Shown here in pieces: positions 41,045 to 50,539 of a stretch of 64,000 nt of DNA (position 1 is its first letter; every line of letters starts with the position of its first letter). This stretch comes from Phoronis australis (lineage: Eukaryota; Animalia; Phoronida). Both the position numbers and the translations under genes were made by a program. Location of the stretch: the NCBI GenBank assembly GCA_002633005.1, contig NMRA01000601.1, positions 169,463-233,462 of the forward strand, written 5' to 3'. The notes below the pieces were generated by a model that did no database searches, was not told the DNA's origin, and saw only the letters and a list, made by a program, of their open reading frames with translations.

Positions 41045-41399
41045 CAGGTGTCGCCAGTGAATAATGACGTAAGGGCTTATGCGCAAGATCAAAGATTTCG
41101 TCCATTGCAAGTACACGGAGTTGACGGTCCATGTACTATAGTCTATGGTAGAATGGCCGATTGGTTTGCACGACGTGTGATTTGTGTGCATTAAACTACG
41201 CTGCTGTATGAAATTCTGCCGCTATTCGCCCTAATAAGCGCCCATGCCCCTATAAGAGCCCCACGCTTTTTCAAACTTCGCTAAAGTAAGCGCCAAGCCC
41301 ATGAACTACACGCGAAAAATGCCTTACCTACAGTTCTAAAATTCTACAGTAACGTCTCCAATTTATCAATTGAAAGATCCGACAGTCTTGAGTTTGTAG

Positions 41400-41650
41400 A
41401 CAACGAGCCTCGCCGTTATGTCAGTATACACTTCGAACTTACGCCGCGATTCAAAAAGAACGCAAAAGTTCTGCTTCTTCTGGGGGGGAACCTGCCCCAC
41501 TATGGTCTGGACTTTGAAAACAGACGCAGCGTACTTGTCAGCAGAATTGTATTGTATCTTTCCGGTACAGATCTTCTCCTGCCTCAACAGGAATTCAAAC
41601 TTCTTTGTACACGAGAAAACCCTGAATCGAAGACTAGTGAACACATTCGC
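41400..41650 (-). pseudogene. HIRAN-domain relic in a pogo/Tc1-mariner-like element fragment (terminus about 41218)
   Basis: SSIQGFLVYKEV*IPVEAGEDL (frameshift) NSADKYAASVFKVQTIVGQVP matches the S.IRG.H.YK..W.P..GE.L...N..D..AV.V...VGH.P pattern. Adjacent GCCCTAATAAGCGCCCATGCCCCTATAAG is a subterminal repeat. Confidence 0.7.
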
Positions 41651-41817
41651 ACCCTCACACCCCGAATCTTGGAAAATAGCTGTTACACGACGGTCACGCA
41701 TCCACTCACCCGGCGACTCAATGAGTGACATATCGATCTTACCGAAACAATTCTCGAAACACGCTCTGCTTTACTGCTTGATTTAATTTTCTTTGGTTAC
41801 AATGCACACCTAGATCA

Positions 41818-42760
41818 CAGTGGCGGACCTAGGATATCACAAGGGGGGGCAACATTTTATCCGGCTGTAAGCATTTGCGCAATCCACGATTGTAGATGCG
41901 TATGGCACCGAATGGGCAAACCCCCCTCCAGCCCAGGAAAATTTTCTGTTTTTTCCTCTAAAAAATCAAGCATTTTCCTTGATTCCTGAAGTATTATCTA
42001 AGAAAAAAAGGCAAAAACAAATGTCAAACAGGAAAATCTGAAATTACCACAGACTCGAACTCACGACCTGAGGGATAGAGTGCCCGAGCTTCACCACCAC
42101 ACCACCGCGACTTAACCACTAATCTTATAATGAGAGACCATTATGGTCCACAGCGTTCGCGTGCTAATCGTACTTCTTTTTGTAATGCCTATTACGCGTT
42201 TTATATTTTGTGCAATCGGTTCTTAACAAATTTGTTGTATTTAAAATAGTCTTCAAATGCCCAAAAGACCAAATCCGTTTTTTGTGTTGGCGGGATTGCT
42301 TTGGAAATCGTCTTAAGTTAAGGTTTGACAGAGAGAGAATTATAAGTTTCTGAGTGAATCACTAAGGCTTCGATTAAAATTCACATCTTACCAGCAGCTT
42401 CTGTTTTTTTCATCGTCACTCAGGTTCCATTTTCTTTAAAAAATGAAGTACATTTTCTTCGTTGCACAGTGGAACAGACGACGGAAACGGAGTCGTAGTG
42501 CGCAGCGCCACTGCCGGTCGCCTGGGATATCGCGGGAGAGCCTATACTTAGCCAAATGCGCTGTGTTCCGAATCTGTCACTTGAAATTGGATCTGAGCCC
42601 CCCAAACATTAAAACTGCACACATTTAAATCTTGTTTCATCCGTATAATATTAATTACCGGGGTTAATTAATAAACTCAACATTTCCCTACACTCTCGCT
42701 GTTTTATTTTTTGCGGCAACCAAGGGGGGGGGGGGGGCTGCCCCCCTAAATCCGCCTATC
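41818..42760. mobile_element. hAT-like non-autonomous element CAGTGGCGGA...TCCGCCTATC
   Basis: Same end type as 803-951; GATCA on both sides. Confidence 0.7.
42046..42112 (-). mobile_element. tRNA-derived SINE-like head (related pieces at about 61-140, 37935-37995, 49871-49945)
   Basis: The minus strand has A-box-like TGGTGTGGTGG and B-box GTTCGAGTC but no complete cloverleaf. The pieces at 61-140 and 49871-49945 share GCCCCAA..CGAACYCACGA..TAGARCTAAAAGC. Confidence 0.5.
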
Positions 42761-43329
42761 GATCATTACATCGCATTTTCTCTGGAAAATTAACTCTGAT
42801 AACAAGCACACGCACGCTTACTCTCTCACACACACGCATACAAACTTCCAAACAAACGTCACGTGACTACAACATGTGCGTTCCTCCAGAGATTTTACTC
42901 ATGTTGCGGGCTACAATCTAGCGCAGATTTGGACTTAATCTGCAGTTAATCCAGACTTAAAAATTAAGTACTTAAAAATGTTAGAGACGCTATTTGTAAA
43001 ACTTAAGGAGGATTTCAGGTAATTTGTTGAGTCGAAACTGTATTCTTATTCAAGAATTCAAGTTGCCCTATCGACGATTGCGAGACCAGCAGCTACGCAT
43101 CTGTCGACGAGATTTCGCCCTGGGATTTCAGCACAATTTTCTGAAAAATGATCGTAATATAACAACGAATTTTGATAGCAATGCACCACAATTTTGTAGA
43201 AAGTAAATAATAAATTCTGGACTTTGTCTTAACACGTTAATGCATAGTGTGCGTTAAGTGAGTTGACAGAACAGGTGATTGTACAGAGGCATTATCCTCA
43301 AAATTGCTCAGGTTGGCTTGGTTCTGGTC

Positions 43330-43636
43330 AAGCGAAAACATGTTTGTTTTTCACTACCCTCCGCCGTGGAGTATTTGTTGCTGTTTCTTTCAAGGGAAAT
43401 ATTGTTGGGCAGTTTCCTAGATACGTTTTCTTGCCGCTGCATACTTTATGCTACGAAGTCGGATAGAATTCACTAAATCGGCCTTTGCTACCAGCTCTAC
43501 CGATGTTTCTGACCCATTTTTTACGCAGTTCTTGATCCTTGGGAAACAGGTAGTAACTAAATTCTTTATCTCGCTAGCTATTATAGCAGCCAGGCACACA
43601 ACACGTATAACCTCCCTGTGGCCGGTTCGCCCCCAT
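43330..43636 (-). pseudogene. THAP domain relic, N-terminus of the ISL2EU-like transposase
   Basis: [46 protein letters not shown]...PTS*HKVCSGKKTYLGNCPTIFPL: C-x-x-x-x-C, FP, W, CS and PTIF motifs, two in-frame stops, and the HF segment deleted. Confidence 0.85.
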
Positions 43637-44410
43637 ACTTGCCGACGTACTTGTTTACATTAACCACAATGCAACATTCTGACCCATTTCCTATATGGTG
43701 GCGTTGCAACTCCGCTATTGAGTTACGGTTAATAATTGCGGAATCAATGAAAGGGCATAGTCAGTAATGAGAGCGTTCTCGAAGGTCGTGACTGAAAGGA
43801 AGATTGTCTACCTAAGCGTTTACCCACCCTTTTATTACGGAGTTTCGTCCCAGAAACACCACCCTTTTGTAGGGATTAATATAATTCCATAAACCTAACC
43901 CTTTCATAGGAATTGACCTTTGAGTGACGGCTTAACTGATCAATCAGAACGCAGCATTCTTGACACACCTTCGTTTCCAAGCCGCCATTTTACCAGATAA
44001 ACAACACGTTGCCGAGTAAAACTTTGTTTGTCGACATTTCGCAAGGGGGCGGAGCTTGCGATAGATCAATTCTTGGACAGATGTCTTTTAACCAATTAAG
44101 CCCGATACAGCACCAGAATAGATGCCCCAAAGTAGAAAATTAGTGCATATTTTACAATGGAAATTTTGAAATAGAAATAACATCAAAAGCCCAATCTGCA
44201 GAATTTGATAGATCGATGGAAAATAGACCTGCAGTTTCATACTCTCAATGTGAACCTTTTACTGGTAACTTAGGGCGCAGCCTTTCGGAAGGAAACTGAT
44301 GGTGAAAAAATCGGCCATCTGAGTGGCACGTCTCGTTTTGCTCTCATGGGAGTACCCCGAAGTACTTGCAAATAAAACATCAACGCTTGAATCTATTGGT
44401 GTCTTTGTAG

Positions 44411-44582
44411 TGATGGAGTACATAGGAGAAAGGAGGCGTCTGTTGTTTGGAACTATTGCAGTAACCATCTGGGCACTTGGATATATGCTGGTAGGCGGAG
44501 TCGCTTACTTCATACGTCATTGGTTCATTCTGACCCTCGTGTGCAACGTGCCCGTGATTTTGGTGTTACTGTTGTTCATTTG
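44411..44582 (+). CDS. SLC22 gene A exon 5 (VMEYIGERRR...YFIRHW...LLFIW)
   Basis: TTGTAG acceptor, GTAAGA donor, 172 bp. E...+.R motif after TM4 and AY.IR.W motif. Confidence 0.93.
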
Positions 44583-44926
44583 GTAAGAATGTAGAGGATA
44601 CGTCACTGTACTCATTTTTATGTTCTAACATTAGTAGCAAAGCTCCTAAAAAGGAAACGAAGGCCAGTTTGCACGAAGGTCAAAGACAAAATGGAGTTTT
44701 TGTTTTGTTCCAAAATGTAATTAACTGCGCTTTTGTTTCCCTGCGTCTTCCTTCTGTTGGTTTTTGAAAACCTAAGCGTAATTACACTTCAATGGCTTCA
44801 TTATGCACCCGAATGCTTCCAGAATGGAACACGCACAATTGTATGACATTACTTCGCCCTCAAAAGAATTTTTATCGTAAAGCTCTTGGATTTCTTTGCG
44901 CTGTGTCTAATTACTTTTCTACATAG

Positions 44927-45074
44927 GCTTCTGCCGGAATCACCTCGTTGGTTGATGCAGACTGGTAAACGAGAGGAGGCGAAGAAATTGTTGTTGAAAA
45001 TAGCGAAATATTCAGATCATTCACAGGAGGAGTTTGAAGTTGGATTTGAGAAAACAGAAGTGCACATAGATTTA
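44927..45074 (+). CDS. SLC22 gene A exon 6 (LLPESPRWL...EVHIDL)
   Basis: ACATAG acceptor, GTAAGT donor. Contains the diagnostic PESPRWL motif. Confidence 0.93.
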
Positions 45075-46154
45075 GTAAGTTGGTAAATAAACATCTCGAA
45101 AAACTTACGTTATCAAAACGTCTCCTTTCTGTTGATTACTGCGCAATATACGGCAATCACGTGAACAGTTTAAAAGCATGTCTTATGTGTAACAGGATCA
45201 TGTTTGTCAATTTCCCTTTTATATGAACATGGTACCATAACAATACGGCTCACACCCTTACTGAATACAGATTTCACTTACGAACACGACTCACGTACTG
45301 CAACCTTAAAAATTCGTGCCCGCGTCCACAAAATATGACTGAAGTTCCAGCAAGTGTCTGCTCGCCGACTCGCTTCAACTAAAGAGCTGCAACTGTGTTG
45401 TATCTCCATGGTTTCAGTAACTGAGAGCATAGCCACCGGTCTTCGCAGCTCGTCCACGTGATTGTTATTTGATGGGAGTGTGTGAAACGAACTTTTGGGG
45501 TGCGTTTGTGGAGATGAGTTTTTGAGTCAGTGAACTCAGAATAGAGGTCTGTGAACAGTGTTTATAGGAGAGGATGTATTTGCATAAATGCTCAAATCGT
45601 GGAAATTTTACAATTTGGCAACCTTTTGGTTTGAAAAGTAAAGTTAACATGTTAAGACAGAGAGTTGGGCGGTGGCTTGCGCGTATCATTTAATTATCTA
45701 AGAGCACCGTGTTTTTCTATCAACCGATTTGCCAACCGATCAACCGTGGCGACAATAATTACTGTCAGATGTTGCTTTAATTCAGTACCCGTTATCAAAT
45801 TCTGAGGGCACGTGATAATACGTTCACGCACTGTCTGAGATTAAAATTTTAAATTAGCCGATGCACAATTCTGGGATATGCTTTAGCGCACAAACGTTAG
45901 TCTACTGTCTGACATTTACGCGTTTTTAGTTGTTGGTCAGTATATTTTTTTGAAATTTGAGTTATTTAAGTCACAGTTCTTTGAGGACATACGGTTTTTG
46001 TCAAAACATTGAGGATGTCACAAACGCTTTGCAAAAGAATCAAGCAAACTCACCGAAAGTTAGCATTTTCTTTAGAAAGTTCTTTAAACCAACTCTTTGG
46101 TTTTAGGAACAAAATCACGTAACGTCAAATAGTTTTAACCAAATGCTGTTTCAG

Positions 46155-46225
46155 TGTGTTTCACCCAAAGACTTGCTCAAGTCATCTCTGATGGTGGGCA
46201 TTCTCGTGATCAACCTATTTTTATG
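46155..46225 (+). CDS. SLC22 gene A exon 7 (CVSPKDLLKSSLMVGILVINLFLW); an alternative acceptor would start it at 46107
   Basis: GTAAGG donor in phase 2 as the next exon requires. DLL motif plus the start of TM7. Two in-frame acceptors: TTTTAG ending 46106 and TTTCAG ending 46154. Confidence 0.8.
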
Positions 46226-47238
46226 GTAAGGAAAGCCGAGTAGCACGTATCGTTTAGTATACAACTCACAACTTGCACGATCTCGAAATTATGCATGAAA
46301 ACGAAGTACTGTGTCCAAACTACAATGGTTCTGCATGTTTGGAACACGCGCGCTTTCACGTTTGCGTTGTTAAAATTGGTGCTGAAACGAGGCATTTCGC
46401 CCCAAACAACAATTCACAATCATATTTTGCAGCGCAACCATGTGTGCAAGTAGTGAATAACGATACAATGAAAGTTTTCTGACGGAAGCATACGAAACAT
46501 TTATGTGCCACAACTATATTTTGAATTTTACCTTTTATCGGTCTTAACTTGTGCCTAACTCTGATTAGAAGTGTTTTCCGTTTTAGTGGTTTGTCATTGC
46601 CTGAGACCAGGGTGGCTTATTTGGGAAGTCAACTCAATTCCCAAGTTAAAAAACGAATCACTTCTCATCTGAGTTCGAAACAAGTTGAGTCCGGTGTCAT
46701 AACTGTACGCGGCTGATTTAGACCATTTATCGTTAGTTATCTGATTTCAGCTTGTTTTTAACTTAGAATAGAAGTGCTGTACAGGCTTGGAAAAAACTGG
46801 TGGGATGTGTTTACTCGCGACCTGGATGAAAATGTGGCTGAGGCCTAATGCAGTTGTTATTGTACATGTATATGCGCATAGTCCTTGAGCAATGGCGATG
46901 TGTTGATTCTTCTGCCATTCAAAAACAAGGCAATACACAGTGACATGGGTCCCGGAGCCAAGTTAAGATCCGGTTCGTTGTCCGTTATCCAGAGGAAAAA
47001 CTGGTTTTCAAACTGCAGCGCCCTGTATGTTGCCCCTTTTGAGTAAGATTAGAGCAGTTGTATACCTCTAATGACGTGACTTAATTAAGAGTTGCATGTA
47101 CGTGTAGTTTGGACACTGACGGTTGGTTTTAAATGCATCTGCAATAGAATGCAAAGCTTAACTGAAAAATGAAGAAAACAGAAATAAAGAAACCCAATCA
47201 CCACGGCAGTTTTAAAACCAATCGTTCATTTTGTACAG

Positions 47239-47453
47239 GATGTTTACAAACATGGTTTACTTCGGGTTGTCGTACGGGTCATCAAATCTAGCCGGAAACG
47301 ATTTTTTGAACTTCGTCATATCAGGAGGCGTAGAGGGCGCTGCTTACGTGGTCTCGTACTTCCTTCTGGTTTACGCGGGAAGGAGACTGTCGACTGTGAC
47401 TTGTCTAGCAGTGGCAGGGATCGCTCTGATACTGTCTGTGGTTGTTCCATCAG
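47239..47453 (+). CDS. SLC22 gene A exon 8 (MFTNMVYFGLS...GNDFLNF...AGRR...VVPS)
   Basis: GTACAG acceptor, GTAATC donor, 215 bp. Y.GLS, G..FLNF and GRR motifs. Confidence 0.95.
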
Positions 47454-48007
47454 GTAATCCTTTTCAGCAACACCTTGTCATGAAGTGTATTATTAGTTAT
47501 GTGTAAGTTACAACATAGCAATCCGGGGGCGTCCTAGTTACGAGCAGGAAAAGCACTTTGATGAAACGGGGCCCAATTTATTCAAAAGTATAAGGAAAAT
47601 TAAGTGGAAATAGTTAGAATATTTATCAATGCAGTTTGACTGAGTAGACGAGACCATATGTTTCCACTCGATATCACTTTGTGTTTTCGTTATTTGTGTC
47701 TGCCTATCCGCCATGACTGCAATTACAAATTATCAAACTTAATAAAATGTTGGTTGGTATAATTAATAAATAATAAAAAACGACACAGGACTTGTTGAAA
47801 AGTTTTAATGTCGAACAGGGTCTAGTGCGTTTTCAGATGGGAAAAATAACAATGCTCGTACGCTTATGGTCGTATATATGAGGGATTTTACGGTAATTGC
47901 AATTCGAATGCCTAAAACAGCTATCGCAGAACTTCGTATTTTCCAGTGATAGTCTGAACACTATTGTCATGGTTCAGAGTAATGAAATGTCTGCTTCTAT
48001 TGCGTAG

Positions 48008-48189
48008 ATTTGGGTGCACTAGTTACTGTCTTGGCGATGTTCGGAAAATTTGCCATCTCTACTGGATATGCAGTCCTCTACGTTTACTCCGTGGAATTGT
48101 TCCCAACGACTGTACGAAGTTTCGCCCTTGGCCTCTTGAGCACGTCATCCAGTATCGGTGGAACAGTGGCGCCATATGGGGCACTATTG
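48008..48189 (+). CDS. SLC22 gene A exon 9 (LAMFGKF...ELFPTTVRS...APYGALL), ending in a GC donor
   Basis: GCGTAG acceptor. GK and ELFPT.VR motifs. Donor is GCAAGT where the paralog has GTAAGT; the exon is 182 bp in both. Confidence 0.93.
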
Positions 48190-48647
48190 GCAAGTTTTGG
48201 ACACACGTGACAAAAGGCCCACCTGCTGATATGTAGCCTTCAGTTTACAGCATGGAATGTTTTAGCTGCTGTTCTTTGGAAAGATGATCTAAAGCATTCA
48301 GTTACGATAGCCTAGGAGTCAATTGGTTTCGAGTGTTAGGGTTACGGTCGCAAAACTTTTGTGACCGTGGCGACTTGACACTCGCTCGCCACCAGCTATT
48401 CTGACATTGCAAACGAAAATACTTTCATCTCATCTTGAACCGCTGTTCTTCATCATAACGGCAAAAGCCGCTAATAACAACGCCTTTGTTTAACAAGTGA
48501 ATGAGAAATGAAAAATCAAGATAAAAATCAGCGTAACACAATTTTTGAGGGACCAGGCAAACTGCTTCCAGTTGATGTGTAATTGGCGTAGCAATGCTAT
48601 TTTGAGAAATAGATTGGCATTGTATTGTACAATTTTGGTTCTTGCAG

Positions 48648-48814
48648 GGAAAAGTTCTGACCGTTGAGACACCACTCGTCATCTTCGGTGTGTGTTCCTT
48701 AGTCAGTGGGTTGTCAGCCATTTTCCTTCCTGAGACTAAGGGGCTAACATTACCTGACACTATGGAAGACGTAGACCGTTTCCATGGTACCATGATTCCT
48801 TGCTTGAAGAAGAA
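48648..48814 (+). CDS. SLC22 gene A exon 10 (GKVLTVETPLVIFG...LPETKGLTLPDT...CLKK)
   Basis: TTGCAG acceptor, GTACGT donor. LPETKG..LPDT motif. Confidence 0.94.
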
Positions 48815-48917
48815 GTACGTGTACTTTAATTTACTAGACTTTTTAAAATAATTTAATTGCACGATTAGTAAATGTAGACTGGCTTATTTTCATACTTTGA
48901 GGGTGGCACTTCTCCAA

Positions 48918-49204
48918 GGGACTGTTTCGTGAAGTCACTTCAGACTTAAGTCGGAAACCTGGTCTTACGCAACTATTTCTAAAAATAATTAAATTTTACC
49001 TTAGCGTAAGTGCAAAGTCTCGGTCTGAGAACATGGCATATATCCGTAACTGCTAGTTTCTTAAGAGAAGTTCTGTAAACCATTCCTAGTGTGTTATGCG
49101 CTCATAATTATTTGACTATACCCTTTTCTGCAATTGTAAAGCGGGGGCGTAATACCAAATTTCTGTCGTAAGTTTATTAAGATTCACTTTCAAGAAACAC
49201 GTTC
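48918..49204. mobile_element. MITE of the 29577 family in SLC22 intron 10
   Basis: GGGACTGTTTCGTGAAGTCACTT ... TTCACTTTCAAGAAACACGTTC with CAA on both sides. Confidence 0.7.
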
Positions 49205-50451
49205 CAAACCTGGATTGCAAACCCAACCACTGCCAAATGGTGGCGGAACAGTAGACTCAACGTATCAGAAACCTGCAAAACGCAGGATACTCTACATGTA
49301 TGTGATATGTTTGCGGTTCAATAAGATATTTACACATTGGTTTGAATATCTTGTGGCAAATTTCGTTGAGCCTATAACGTCCACTGCCTTGAATCACAAT
49401 TAACAACAATTTGGTGATCAACCCATCTTCTTGTTTTACTAAAGCTTTGTCCCAAAAAACAAATTCTCCCTAGGCCCCGTTGTGAGCTTTTAGCTATTTG
49501 ATTGTTGTTTTATAACTTTATCCTGATTGGTAAGCGTTTTTGTGTTATATTTAGTTGTCTTGCATTCATTTCAAGGCCATAGATTGTGTGTTGTCAAATA
49601 ACGGATTACCATCAACACGAGTTGGACAAGCCAGATTCGGCGTACATGCAGCAGTCATAAATTCCACTTGGACGTGAGGTTAATCGACAATATACTTGAC
49701 AGGAGCGCAAATGGAAATTTAGATTACCCACCTATGAGTGAACGAGGGTGCAACTAGAAAATCAGGACACCCAACCATTAGTGAACTCAGCAAAATGCAA
49801 CTCTTTTGTAAGGGGTTCCATTAAAAAGTCAAGTTACATTATCGCCGACCATTTGTGTGTTTGTGATCAAGCCCCAAACGCATTCGAACCCACGATCTCA
49901 GCGGTCGGAGTTCTACACCATACAGGTAGAACTAAAAGCTAATGTGCCGGGTAGCTGGACGAGCAGTTTGAGCGTATTCAACCGATAACGTCACCGGTCT
50001 CGATTTCAGTTAATCATAAAAACTGACTGGAAAAACGTCGAGAATCGGGTATTTCTAAGAAAACCACAAAAACTTAACGGGTTTTGCTTGTTTATAGCTC
50101 TGGTCGAAACTAGTAACTTCAGGAAGTTTATCTTATCGAAAAAGATTCACAAAATGCGTTTTAAACATGAAACCAATTGTGTCTCTTTAATTCTATAAAC
50201 CCTCTAACCCTTTTGCATTAGGAGTACTTTTTATTAGTAATAGCAGGAAGAGATAACCATGTTCATATTTTGTTTTGTTTTTCATAAAAATTCTGTAAAA
50301 CCTGCGATAAAACCAATGAAAATATCGAGATCTTCTTGACGTTCCTGCCCGGGCTTAAATTGAGTTATTTCAAATCGGGATTAGAGTCATCGTTGAATTT
50401 TGAAAAGACAGCTTTGAAAACAACCCCACTCTCGTTCTCTTGTTATTGCAG

Positions 50452-50539
50452 TCAACCGCCAGAAACCGTGACCACCGCCATTCCTACTGGCAACCACGGC
50501 AACGGTGATACACCTGAAATGTCTTCAACAGAACTGTAA
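50452..50539 (+). CDS. SLC22 gene A terminal exon 11 (QPPETVTT...EMSSTEL*)
   Basis: Polypyrimidine tract plus TTGCAG acceptor, phase 2 matching exon 10. Homologous to the paralog terminal exon at 59821-59905. Total CDS 1701 bp with the short exon 7. Confidence 0.85.

Larger units (their letters stand above)
35989..43716 (-). mobile_element. Decayed ISL2EU-like (PIF/Harbinger-related) transposon with nested insertions, in SLC22 intron 4
   Basis: Perfect 14-bp TIR AGCGGAGTTGCAAC with AT on both sides. THAP domain at the 5' end. DDE-type relics (RRFFTWM; FPTV/RII/VD; PFKG...RRIAHLR) at about 37720-37210. Confidence 0.72.

Noticed and set aside
42046-42112. tRNA gene
   Set aside because: A and B boxes are present but acceptor and anticodon stems do not pair; treated as SINE-like.
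48425-48862. 145-aa minus-strand ORF and its twin at 61492-61794
   Set aside because: These are antisense shadows of SLC22 exon 10.
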